Below, piece by piece: positions 49,044-58,447 of a DNA stretch of 61,015 nucleotides. The translations under genes and the position numbers were made by a program. The notes under the pieces are model-generated. The model was not told the origin of the DNA. It made no database searches and worked only from the letters and a program-made list of their open reading frames with translations. The stretch is from a virus (lineage: Duplodnaviria; Caudoviricetes). The stretch's first letter is position 1, and the number at the start of each line of letters is the position of its first letter. The stretch lies in the IMG/VR virus record IMGVR_UViG_3300017971_000307, positions 1-61,015 of that record; one strand, written 5' to 3'.

Positions 49044-49536
49044 AAATCAATTTATGATTTTGAGTTTTATTTTCGTCATTATATATCCGACCAATTCATT
49101 CGCAGAATTAATACAAAATGAATCGGAACGAATAAGTCAGGTAGAAGAAGACCATCAGTCAAGAGTAAATTCTATTCGTGAATTGCAGTATAGCGGTGTA
49201 TCTGGGATTTGGTTTCCAAGGCGGAGCGCGTTGTCATTGTTGGCAGATTCTAGAGAGCTTCGTATTCAAAGAAGGTTCGTTCTTTTGCAAGGCGAAGAAC
49301 TTCAGCTGATCAGAATACAGATGAATCGTCTCCGTGAAATTGCAGACATGGAAAGGAACATGTTTGAATCGGCTAATGCGCTTGCAGAGTCAGCCGAGAG
49401 GAGAGCTTTGGAGGCAGAAACCAGTAGAGATGCATGGTGGAGACATCCAGCTTTGTGGGTTGCTGTAGGTGTTGTCATTACAATTTTGCTAGAAGTTGCA
49501 GCGGTAGCAGTTTTCGCCTATATTGATCCTGGATGA
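49027..49536 (+). CDS. secreted coiled-coil protein with C-terminal TM (spanin-like partner)
   Basis: Signal peptide (..NSFA), coiled coil, WWRHPALW then TM. Confidence 0.55.
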   Translation: MNWVIRNQFMILSFIFVIIYPTNSFAELIQNESERISQVEEDHQSRVNSIRELQYSGVSGIWFPRRSALSLLADSRELRIQRRFVLLQGEELQLIRIQMNRLREIADMERNMFESANALAESAERRALEAETSRDAWWRHPALWVAVGVVITILLEVAAVAVFAYIDPG

Positions 49537-49708
49537 TTAAATATGACAAGCTTTTTCGTTATATCAAAAACATTTTTAACTTTCTTTCTTTACAACCTTC
49601 AAATTTTATATTATTCTTAAAGTATGTGATATAAGTGCTAAAAAACATTGGCGAATACCGATAGAGGATTTGTGTGTATTGGTACACATTTATCTACAGG
49701 AGGATAGC

Positions 49709-50230
49709 ATGGTTGTTAGTGGTCCTAGAGGTGCATTCAAGAGTCAAATCGAATTGGCTTTACAGAATTCAAAAAAGAAAAGAAAAGTAAAAATGAAAAA
49801 ATCTCCTCGTGATAGATACGAGGAAAAGCGGGAAGATCAATATAATGTGATTGATTTTGAGTTTCTGTTCAATGATTTATGGGAAACTTCAAGAATAAGA
49901 GGAAATCCTTATCGTTGGACGATGAAGGAAAAGGGTCAGATGAAGAGATTTATAAATGAATTTTCATCTGAAGAAATTGTCAAATTATTCAAATATGTTT
50001 TTAAAAATTGGCGAGATATCGCTATAAGATATCGCCTAAATTCAAAGCCAAGTGTTTCGTTGATTTATGGATTTAGGCGTTCATTTTTTAATGAACTAGA
50101 GAACGATGGACCAATACATCGTTCGATGCACGTTCAGTATAGAGAGCTAAAAAGAGAACGATCGTCTAACGCTCGTTATGATTCCAGTGTAGATGATTTT
50201 TCATCTGCCTATGACATGCTTAATCAATGA
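49709..50230 (+). CDS. putative replication initiation protein
   Basis: AGGAGG SD; first gene of the replication module upstream of the DnaC-like gene; function inferred from order. Confidence 0.4.
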   Translation: MVVSGPRGAFKSQIELALQNSKKKRKVKMKKSPRDRYEEKREDQYNVIDFEFLFNDLWETSRIRGNPYRWTMKEKGQMKRFINEFSSEEIVKLFKYVFKNWRDIAIRYRLNSKPSVSLIYGFRRSFFNELENDGPIHRSMHVQYRELKRERSSNARYDSSVDDFSSAYDMLNQ

Positions 50231-50238
50231 TGAGGTAA

Positions 50239-50487
50239 TTGATGAAATTAAAAAAAGAAAAGATAAGTGAGAGAGCATTAAAGAGCATGCGACGTATCGA
50301 AATAGTCAGGGAAGGAGATTATGATTCTGGTGTTGCTCGAATAAATGTTTATGAAGCTGGAAGACAAAATCCTGTCGAATCTTACAGAACGAGAACAGAG
50401 CAGGATTTGAGCAGAACTTTGAGAGCGTTTAGAGCAAAGTTTCGTGTTCCAATTCAGAATGTAAAAGACATGTTTCATGGATTGTGA
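50239..50487 (+). CDS. hypothetical protein
   Basis: GAGG SD. Confidence 0.65.
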   Translation: MMKLKKEKISERALKSMRRIEIVREGDYDSGVARINVYEAGRQNPVESYRTRTEQDLSRTLRAFRAKFRVPIQNVKDMFHGL

Positions 50488-50779
50488 AAGTAATAAGACT
50501 ACTAGAATGCTTGATAAAGCTTATCGTTTTGCTATGGATGGATGTTCTGTTCTCGTAATGATACGTGATATGTCTTTTGCTTATTATTGTTTGGGAATAA
50601 TTGAAAAAATGGATAACATCGAATGTTTCGAGAAATTTATCACAGGTAATTCACCTTCGATAAAGTTTCAAAAAGGATCCATATCTTTTTTATCTGATGA
50701 AAGAATGAAAAGTATTTGGCTCCTTGGAAGAAAAAATACGAAGGTCTTATATGATCATCATTATCTTGATATTAAATAG
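50477..50779 (+). CDS. hypothetical protein (degenerate P-loop-like)
   Basis: NKTTRML...DH pattern; overlaps the upstream stop. Confidence 0.55.
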   Translation: MDCESNKTTRMLDKAYRFAMDGCSVLVMIRDMSFAYYCLGIIEKMDNIECFEKFITGNSPSIKFQKGSISFLSDERMKSIWLLGRKNTKVLYDHHYLDIK

Positions 50780-50785
50780 AATGGT

Positions 50786-51394
50786 TTGATTATGAAACTG
50801 AGCAAAGCTCACTATGAATACATGAATATTGGTAGGCGTTTTTGGGATGCCAATGTTTTTAATTTGAGACCTTCACAAAAAGAGGCTGTTAAGGATTATG
50901 TTAAGAGATTTAAATTTTTCATTTCTAAAGGCGTTGGTCTCTTTTTGTGGGGTCCAAATAGTTCAGGAAAAACATATGTTTCTGCAAGTCTATTAATACT
51001 CGCATGGGAAAGATGGCTTGTTTCGGGATATTGTGTTACAGCTGCTTCGTTAAAAGAAAATTTTGTCAAAGATATGCCTGTTGATTTTGGTAGCGAAGAA
51101 ACCGTTATAACTAGAGCTATTAGGTCGCAAATTTTGGTTATCGATGACTTAGGTAGAGAGCATCGATCGACCAGTGGTTTTGCAGAGAACAGGTTCGATA
51201 TGTTGCTTAGAGATAGATCTCGTGATTTAAACACAACAATTATTACCTCAAATTTAAATCCTGATGATTTTAGAGATATTTATGGAGTATCTTCATTTGA
51301 ATTGGTCAGAGAAAATATGCACTTTGTTAAATTGAATGGAGAAAATATCCGTGCAATAAAAGAGTGTGGTCTCAATAGATTCCTAAACCAATGA
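50786..51394 (+). CDS. DnaC/IstB-like AAA+ helicase loader
   Basis: GLFLWGPNSSGKT, ILVIDDLGRE and TIITSN motifs. Confidence 0.88.
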   Translation: MIMKLSKAHYEYMNIGRRFWDANVFNLRPSQKEAVKDYVKRFKFFISKGVGLFLWGPNSSGKTYVSASLLILAWERWLVSGYCVTAASLKENFVKDMPVDFGSEETVITRAIRSQILVIDDLGREHRSTSGFAENRFDMLLRDRSRDLNTTIITSNLNPDDFRDIYGVSSFELVRENMHFVKLNGENIRAIKECGLNRFLNQ

Positions 51395-52404
51395 AAAGAG
51401 TTAAAATGAGAGTAAAAAAATTCAAAAACTATAGTGGTTTTGTGGTTTATGGCAGGGAAGATATTATGGATCATTTGTATATTGTTCCTGATTATGAGGA
51501 AAATCATTTAGAAAGAGCTTTTTTAGTTACTTTTTTGGTGGAATGTGGCGGTCTTTTTGGAACTGTGATGAATTATGATGGGACTGGAATGACAGCTGGT
51601 CCATGTCAAAATATTTTAGTTTATCCAAGACATTTAAGAGATTCATCCGTAAAAAACGATCAAGGTCCTTTGTGTAAATTGCTTAGGGAAATTGAATTAA
51701 TTGGTGGTATTGACGGGTTGAAATCTCTTTTTGATTTATTTAGAGAACACAGAATTTATCTTGCACAAGATGGTAAATTTAGATGGTCGTGTGATATTGA
51801 TGAAGTTCACGGCGGCGAAGCGTATGATTTTTTTGCTGGTGATTTAGTACCAGGAAATATTCTTCGCGCTGTTGTTATGCAGGAAAAAACTGGTAATGTT
51901 CCATCTGATTCTAAAAGGAGAAATATTGCAGAAAAGTTTGTTTTGTTGTTCCATAGAATTTTTTCTGATCGGAAAACATTTAGTTTACAAAAAAGTTTTG
52001 AGATTCAGAAATTTATTGATTATTCCAGGAGACAAACAATAAGAACTAAAAAAGGTAAGACTATTGAAGGTGTTTTATATAGTGATATAAACAGAACTAC
52101 TATTCATGATTTAGGTCAAGAACTTGATCTTGCTATGAATCTTTTTTGGTGTTTTCTATTCAATGCCCCATCTAAAGCTAAAGTTGTTTTATCAAAGGCA
52201 ATAAATAAAAGTGATGGTTTAGACAAAAAAGATTTGGCAAAAAATATTATTATTGATTTTGCCACAAATAATTTTGCTCATTGGAATTGGAGGGTTAAAA
52301 ATGGAAGGTACGAAAGATTTCGTACGGCAGCAAAGACACTTGATTTATGGGAAGATTCTTTGTTTGCTGATGATGGGATTTGTCCAAGGAGGTTTTTATC
52401 ATGA
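51391..52404 (+). CDS. putative lysozyme-fold enzyme (possible endolysin)
   Basis: VE.GG.FGTVMNYDGTGMTAG..Q resembles the lysozyme-like E...N.YD..G.S.G..Q motif. Confidence 0.45.
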   Translation: MKRVKMRVKKFKNYSGFVVYGREDIMDHLYIVPDYEENHLERAFLVTFLVECGGLFGTVMNYDGTGMTAGPCQNILVYPRHLRDSSVKNDQGPLCKLLREIELIGGIDGLKSLFDLFREHRIYLAQDGKFRWSCDIDEVHGGEAYDFFAGDLVPGNILRAVVMQEKTGNVPSDSKRRNIAEKFVLLFHRIFSDRKTFSLQKSFEIQKFIDYSRRQTIRTKKGKTIEGVLYSDINRTTIHDLGQELDLAMNLFWCFLFNAPSKAKVVLSKAINKSDGLDKKDLAKNIIIDFATNNFAHWNWRVKNGRYERFRTAAKTLDLWEDSLFADDGICPRRFLS

Positions 52405-52661
52405 AAGATGAAGGTTTAATGTGCAAATATGATTTATTTAAGAATGGCAATCCTGTGGATAAAAATGGTATTTATTTTGTTTTGAAATTAAATTCTTCAG
52501 ATCCAGTGCATGCTAATGCATGTCAATTTGCAGCGTTAGCGTATGCAATGAAAATGAAAGATCATTTACCAATACTTTCTTCTGATTTAGAGATTCTTGT
52601 TAAACATATACGTGAATTTGGAGATTCAAAGCTTTTTCGTGATATTCAAGATAATAGTTGA
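52401..52661 (+). CDS. conserved phage hypothetical protein
   Basis: GL..KY...YFVLKL...HA.AC..AALAYA pattern. Confidence 0.7.
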   Translation: MKDEGLMCKYDLFKNGNPVDKNGIYFVLKLNSSDPVHANACQFAALAYAMKMKDHLPILSSDLEILVKHIREFGDSKLFRDIQDNS

Positions 52662-52668
52662 GGTTTTT

Positions 52669-53025
52669 ATGTTAAGAGGTGAAATATCAAATAAACCTTC
52701 GCCAATAATTGCTATTGACTATAAGATTCTTGCTAAGGAAGAAAAAGGGAAAATCATATTAAAAGAAGGTGCCATTGGATGGTTAGAAAGAAATTGGGGA
52801 TTTCGTTTTATTGTTATGATTGTGGAATGTTTTGATGCTGATAAGTATGAATTTTTGTTATCTGATTATGTTGCAGAAGTTAAGAAATTTGATATAGGTT
52901 TCGATTTATGGCTTTGGTTAAAGCAAAATCCTCAGATATATAAATTTTTTACTAATGATACAATGTTATACCGTCCAATGTCATCAATCTGTTTTAAACA
53001 TAGTGGGTGGAATCAGAGGATTTGA
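52669..53025 (+). CDS. hypothetical protein (HAD-like fold possible), coupled to DnaB
   Basis: MLRGEISN..P..AIDY N-terminus; TGATG overlap with helicase. Confidence 0.6.
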   Translation: MLRGEISNKPSPIIAIDYKILAKEEKGKIILKEGAIGWLERNWGFRFIVMIVECFDADKYEFLLSDYVAEVKKFDIGFDLWLWLKQNPQIYKFFTNDTMLYRPMSSICFKHSGWNQRI

Positions 53026-54284
53026 TGGATATTGAAGCAGCGTTTATCTCAAATATTATTAGAAAAAATACAATAAAAGATGTTATTGATGAAAACTTAC
53101 CTGAAGAATTGTTTTTGCATAGATTGGATGAATGGCTTTTTCTTAAGGCATTTTATAGTGATCATGGTAATGTTCCGCCATTAGATTATTTTAAAAGTAA
53201 ATTTCCTGATTTTGAGATTGATCCTATTGATTCAGAGACAAGTTTTTTCATAGGAGAATTAAGGAAAAAATATGCTCATAACTTAATGACCGAAGCTATG
53301 AAATGTGCTGCACCGTTGTTGAAGTCTAAGGATCCATTTGCTGCTTTAGATGTTTTTAAGAAAGTTGTTCTCGATATAGAAAGAGAAACTATTGAATCTG
53401 AAGATGTTAATTTAACTGAAACGGTATCAGAGAGATTGGATGATTATCATAAGACAAAAGACAAAGGTGGTATCACAGGCCTTCCTTCATTATGGTATAT
53501 TTTAGACAAAGCAACTCTTGGGTTTGGTCCAGGTGAATTATGGATGATTGCAGCTCGAGGATCTGTCGGTAAGACGTGGTTTGAAACAATTCTTGCAAGA
53601 TATCATTGGGGAATTGGATATGTTCCACTTTTAATTTCTGAAGAGATGGAATGCAAACAAATCGCTAGAAGGTTTGACGCTGTAAATGCCAAGGTATCAC
53701 ATATGCGATTGAGATCAGGTGATTTAAAAAAGGAAGAGTATAATAGGTTCGTTGATTCTTTGAAAGACATGTCTGGTAGGCATCCTTTTTGGATATCTGG
53801 TGGGAGCGATCATGATGATATTTCGGTTATAAAATCGAAAGTCGAAAAATACAAACCTGATGCAGTCTATATTGATGGTGCGTATTTTTTAAATGATGAA
53901 AATGGCGCAAAGACGAGACATGAACGTTTAGATAATATCTTTAAGGATCTAAAGAAAAAGATTGCTAAACCATATGGTATACCTGTAATAGTCACTCATC
54001 AATTTAACCTTGAAGGTACTGAGCTTGATGGTAATGAGAACACATTGGCTTATGGTGATTTTCAAAAATGGATGGACGGTATTATCGGTATGTATCAAAC
54101 GGATGACTTAAGACTAAATAAAGAGATGTTGATTAAGTTATTGAGGATTAGAGAAGGTACAAAAGTTGATTTTGTTGCCACATGGGATTTGGAAAATATG
54201 GTATTCGATCACAAAGTCAAAGGTAGTGATGATGTTGATTATGATAATTGTGAGGATAACTTATTAGATATAGTTGATTTATAA
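53025..54284 (+). CDS. dnaB: replicative DNA helicase
   Basis: GELWMIAARGSVGKT, SEEM, VYIDG and THQFN motifs. Confidence 0.9.
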   Translation: MDIEAAFISNIIRKNTIKDVIDENLPEELFLHRLDEWLFLKAFYSDHGNVPPLDYFKSKFPDFEIDPIDSETSFFIGELRKKYAHNLMTEAMKCAAPLLKSKDPFAALDVFKKVVLDIERETIESEDVNLTETVSERLDDYHKTKDKGGITGLPSLWYILDKATLGFGPGELWMIAARGSVGKTWFETILARYHWGIGYVPLLISEEMECKQIARRFDAVNAKVSHMRLRSGDLKKEEYNRFVDSLKDMSGRHPFWISGGSDHDDISVIKSKVEKYKPDAVYIDGAYFLNDENGAKTRHERLDNIFKDLKKKIAKPYGIPVIVTHQFNLEGTELDGNENTLAYGDFQKWMDGIIGMYQTDDLRLNKEMLIKLLRIREGTKVDFVATWDLENMVFDHKVKGSDDVDYDNCEDNLLDIVDL

Positions 54285-54502
54285 TGAAAAAGGTTGATAT
54301 TGATTATAAATTACTTTGTGAATTGCTTATTTTATGTCATGAATTAATTAATGAAATAGGTTCAAGTAAAAGTTTTTCGGAAGTATTTCATTATAACAAT
54401 CGATTGAATAGGATAAAAAGCAAAATAGAAAATGAGATGTATGGTTGTGATGAAGCAGCAGAAATTCAATTAATATTAGATTTTATTGGAGGAATCGAAT
54501 GA
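54284..54502 (+). CDS. hypothetical protein
   Basis: Coupled overlaps on both sides. Confidence 0.6.
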   Translation: MKKVDIDYKLLCELLILCHELINEIGSSKSFSEVFHYNNRLNRIKSKIENEMYGCDEAAEIQLILDFIGGIE

Positions 54503-54765
54503 TGTTTTATATTGGAGAAAAGAGGGTTTACGTTTGGGAATGTAGATGTGGAAATATGAATAAAAATGAATTGCATGTAGATGTGTTTTTAGGCAATAAA
54601 CATATAAAGAGTGTTATTTGTCCGATATGTTATAGAGAGAAACCATCTTTAATTGGTCGTGTTTTACGAAAAAAGGTGGACAGTATAAAGTCTGGTTATT
54701 CTTTTTTGCGTTCAATGATTAATGGTGATTTTTTTGGTGATATAAAAATACAGGAGATAAAGTGA
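54499..54765 (+). CDS. zinc-ribbon protein
   Basis: CRCG and CPIC motifs; GGAGG SD. Confidence 0.6.
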   Translation: MMFYIGEKRVYVWECRCGNMNKNELHVDVFLGNKHIKSVICPICYREKPSLIGRVLRKKVDSIKSGYSFLRSMINGDFFGDIKIQEIK

Positions 54766-56447
54766 CTAAATTAATTGAATCAAGTTATGAGATTTTAGAA
54801 TATCCAAGGAATATTCTAAAGCGCATCGAAATAGCAGCCAGGACTTGTTATAAAAGCGAGGATAAAATAACAGATACTAGTGCTGAAAAACTTGTTAGAA
54901 GTTTGATAAAACGCGGTCATATGGCTATGATCGAATTTGGCGGTGATGTTTCTGTAAAGTTTATATCGAACCGTGGTTTTTGTTACGATGATCAAACAGA
55001 AGTTTTAACTTATGATGGATGGAAAAAGTTTAAAGATATAAATGGGAATGACTTATTTTTAACCTTAAATATGGATACTAAAGAAGCAGAGTACCAAGAA
55101 AAAATTGGAATAACAATAGAAGACTGGGATGATGATCTTATTTGCGGTAAATCTACAATGGTAGATTTTGCTGTCACCCCAAATCATAGGATGGTTTGGT
55201 TCCATTATGATTCTAGAATTGATAAAAAATGGAAGGTTGATCAAGCAAAAGAAATATATGGAAGAAGAGTGAAGTTTAAAAGAGGTTTATTCAAAGAAAT
55301 GCCTGATAGAACCTTATGTGAAGATTCTAAGTATCTCAATCTTCATCCGCAAATATCAACAATTCCGTTTGCTAAATTCATGGGTTTGTTTATAACAGAT
55401 GGCACTTTATGGAAAGGTAAAGATTCTGGAGGAAGGGTTACTATTTGTCAGATAAAAGAATCTGGCAGAATTTATATTAAAACTGTGTTGGAAGAGCTTG
55501 GTTGGAAATATTCAGAGAAAAAAGATGGGTTAAGAATAAACGATACTAAACTATATAAGTTTATGAGAATATTTTTCCCATTAGATGAGAAGAAAACGTA
55601 TACTGGTAGAATCCCACATTTTATAAGGCATGCATCAAGAAAATACATTCAAGCATTTCTAGATGGTGCAATTGTTGGTGATGGAAATATTCATAAGACT
55701 AATGGTCATAGAATAATATATACCGCCAGTCAGAAAATGGCTGGTGATTACCAAGAGTTATTTATGAAAGCTGGTTTTTGTGCATCGGTAAGAATTGATA
55801 ATAGAGTCGGGCGAAAAAGAGAAATCAAACCTGGTATAGTAATAGAGAATAAAGTGAGTCAATATGTTGTTTCTGTTACAGATAGAACTGATGAACACTT
55901 ATTCAATAAACAACATTGGAGCAAAGCTTATTATAAAGGCAAAGTCTATTGTGTAACAGTTCCGAATGGAACATTGTACGTCAGAAGAAATGGTAAAGCT
56001 TTTTGGTCAGGTAATACACACGAGATGGTTCGCCATAGATTATGTTCTTTTGCGCAGGAAAGTACTCGTTATTGTAACTATGGCAAAGGTAAATTTGGTA
56101 AAGAGATAACAGTTTGTTATCCACATGATATTATTGATATGAGGATACCAGATATATCAAATGGTCTTAGATGGGATATAATTTATAAAATACTTGGTTC
56201 GTGGAAAAAATCTGAAGAAGAATATCTTAGCTTGATTGAAATGGGTTGCCCTGCTGAGATTGCTCGTGAGGTTTTACCCATTGGTTTAAAAGCTGAAATA
56301 GTTGTATCTGCTAATGTTAGAGAATGGCGTCATATATTCAAGCTTCGTACATCTAAAAAAGCACATCCAAGAATGAGAGAATTAATGATTCCTCTTTTGT
56401 CAGACTTTAAATCTCTTATGCCAGTTGTCTTTGAAGATATTGAATAA
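54762..56447 (+). CDS. thyX: flavin-dependent thymidylate synthase, intein-containing
   Basis: AARTCYKS, GH..MIEF, HEMVRHR...FAQESTRY, AREVLP and NVREWRH motifs. Confidence 0.95.
   Translation: MTKLIESSYEILEYPRNILKRIEIAARTCYKSEDKITDTSAEKLVRSLIKRGHMAMIEFGGDVSVKFISNRGFCYDDQTEVLTYDGWKKFKDINGNDLFLTLNMDTKEAEYQEKIGITIEDWDDDLICGKSTMVDFAVTPNHRMVWFHYDSRIDKKWKVDQAKEIYGRRVKFKRGLFKEMPDRTLCEDSKYLNLHPQISTIPFAKFMGLFITDGTLWKGKDSGGRVTICQIKESGRIYIKTVLEELGWKYSEKKDGLRINDTKLYKFMRIFFPLDEKKTYTGRIPHFIRHASRKYIQAFLDGAIVGDGNIHKTNGHRIIYTASQKMAGDYQELFMKAGFCASVRIDNRVGRKREIKPGIVIENKVSQYVVSVTDRTDEHLFNKQHWSKAYYKGKVYCVTVPNGTLYVRRNGKAFWSGNTHEMVRHRLCSFAQESTRYCNYGKGKFGKEITVCYPHDIIDMRIPDISNGLRWDIIYKILGSWKKSEEEYLSLIEMGCPAEIAREVLPIGLKAEIVVSANVREWRHIFKLRTSKKAHPRMRELMIPLLSDFKSLMPVVFEDIE
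54981..56015 (+). mobile_element. 345-aa intein with LAGLIDADG homing endonuclease
   Basis: Block A CYDDQTEVLT..GWK; block B VTPNH; GLFITDG and GAIVGDG; VYCVTVPNG; terminal WSGN followed by Thr. Confidence 0.93.
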
Positions 56448-56449
56448 CG

Positions 56450-57436
56450 ATGGATAGAGAAGGTGTTTTTTGGGTATTGGATCAATTAGGTATTGATCGA
56501 ATAAGGAATCGAAATGGTAAGAACGTTTCAGTGTCTTGTCCTTTGGCTAAATATGGTAGAAGAGGTCATAATTCAGAAGTAGATTATAGACCTTCGCTTA
56601 GTATTTTAATTAATCCTAATATGCCTTCTAAAGTCAAATGTCATGCATGTAAATTTCGTGGTGAATTAAGTTCATTAATTAGAACTATAAATAGATATTC
56701 AAAAGACAATCTAAATCCATTATTGAAAAAAGTTATAGAGATGGAAGATATTGATCCTGAATGGCTTGCAAATTCTATCACTGATTATGAACATGTTGAA
56801 GAGAGATATGTTGAACGGATAATTGATGAATCGGAGATATTAAATTATACAAATAAGACACATGGTTATTTTGTAAATGAACGTGGATTAAGTATTGACA
56901 CATTAAAATCATGGGGAACCGGATATGATCATGATAATCGCCGCGGTTTTTTTCCGGTCAGAAATATTGATAGTAAATTGGTTGGTGCGGTAGGTCGTTC
57001 GATTAATGATTATATAAAACCTAAGTACTATAACTATTTTGAATTTAATAAAGGTAGATATTTATATGGTGAGGATAAATGCACTAGTGGTTCGATTGGT
57101 ATTATAGTTGAGGGAATTATTGACACCTTAAAGCTTTGGCAATTATTGTATGATCGTGATGTATTGAATGAGTATTCTGTGGTGTCCATTCTAGGATCAG
57201 ATCCAACTGAACATCAGCTTAATAAAATAGTAAAATTGTTTGATGTTGTTATTTTATTTTTTGATAATGATGGTCCTGGTTGGAGTGGGACTATGAAGGC
57301 GGTTAAGTTTTTGGGTAAAATAATTCAGGTAAGGGCTGTCTCTTATCCATATCCGGTTGGGGGCGATCCGGATGAATTGATAAGACGTGGTTATAATGTT
57401 TTTGAATTGATTCAGAATTCTAGTTTAGTTTTTTGA
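56450..57436 (+). CDS. DNA primase (zinc finger + TOPRIM)
   Basis: CP...H...PS...CHAC, VEGIID, FFDNDGPG and GDPDE motifs. Confidence 0.88.
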   Translation: MDREGVFWVLDQLGIDRIRNRNGKNVSVSCPLAKYGRRGHNSEVDYRPSLSILINPNMPSKVKCHACKFRGELSSLIRTINRYSKDNLNPLLKKVIEMEDIDPEWLANSITDYEHVEERYVERIIDESEILNYTNKTHGYFVNERGLSIDTLKSWGTGYDHDNRRGFFPVRNIDSKLVGAVGRSINDYIKPKYYNYFEFNKGRYLYGEDKCTSGSIGIIVEGIIDTLKLWQLLYDRDVLNEYSVVSILGSDPTEHQLNKIVKLFDVVILFFDNDGPGWSGTMKAVKFLGKIIQVRAVSYPYPVGGDPDELIRRGYNVFELIQNSSLVF

Positions 57437-57460
57437 AATCATTTTCATGCCAAAAAGATG

Positions 57461-57489
57461 TTGACATATTATTTTTTATACACTATGAT
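57461..57489 (+). promoter_or_regulatory. promoter TTGACA-17-TATGAT
   Basis: Near-consensus boxes upstream of the SSB gene. Confidence 0.65.
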
Positions 57490-57538
57490 ATTAACCAATC
57501 AAAAAAACGCCCATAGTGGGGTATGAAAGAGAGAGAAA

Positions 57539-58387
57539 ATGTCTTGGTATCGAACTGGTAGAGAAGCAAAAGAAAGAATCAAGAGAGAGAAAGAGAAAAA
57601 AGAAAAGCGTAAAGAGGATCGCGAAAAATGGTACCTTCATCCATATGTTAGAATATGGATGCGTCCAGGACAAAAATTGACATGTACTTTTGTTGATGAT
57701 AATCATCATCCAGAAGGATATGATTGGCCGTATGAAGTGTGCGAACATCAGGTGAAAATAAATAATAATTGGGAAAATATTACATGCACAAAAGGTATGA
57801 AAGTTAAGGATTATTATCAAATACTTGGAACCAAAGATCCTTATGTGTTGAAAAGTGAAGGTATCATTGATGATATCAATAATTTTTCTGATAATGATAG
57901 TGTTGGTTGTGTTCTATGTGAACGCAGTTTTTATTCGTTTAGTATTGTTCCGAACACCGTGATAGATCATGAAGGTTGGGTAGATAAAGAAGGAATTCAG
58001 CATTCCGATGTTCTTAAACTTTTGGTTGTAAAAAATTTAGGATATAGTCATCTTGAATCTCAAAGAGAAAAACGCGGTGGATTACGTGGATGCCGATTCG
58101 AGATTGAAAGAATGACACCTGATTCTCCTAATACGGGAGACAAGTTTGATTTCGAGGGAAAAATAGAGTTGCCTGATGATATCCAACCAGCACCGTACAA
58201 CGAAGTATTCAAACCTAAAACACCACGTGAATTAATTGAATTAATTGGTAATAGAAGAGGTGTTTCTAAATTTAATAAAAAGAACAAGAATGAAAATCAA
58301 AAAAATAATCAAGGCAATTATAGTAATACTAGTAATACTAATTATTCTAGTATTAGTAATAATGATAAAGATATTATTCCTTTTTAA
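57539..58387 (+). CDS. single-stranded DNA-binding protein (gp32-like, Zn-binding)
   Basis: His/Cys ligands (EH, C, CVLC), low-complexity linker, acidic DKDIIPF tail, position between primase and polymerase. Confidence 0.7.
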   Translation: MSWYRTGREAKERIKREKEKKEKRKEDREKWYLHPYVRIWMRPGQKLTCTFVDDNHHPEGYDWPYEVCEHQVKINNNWENITCTKGMKVKDYYQILGTKDPYVLKSEGIIDDINNFSDNDSVGCVLCERSFYSFSIVPNTVIDHEGWVDKEGIQHSDVLKLLVVKNLGYSHLESQREKRGGLRGCRFEIERMTPDSPNTGDKFDFEGKIELPDDIQPAPYNEVFKPKTPRELIELIGNRRGVSKFNKKNKNENQKNNQGNYSNTSNTNYSSISNNDKDIIPF

Positions 58388-58447
58388 TTAATATAAATAA
58401 CTTTAGGGAATCGTCGTAAATAAAGTCGGCTTTTTTCTGGGTGTCAA

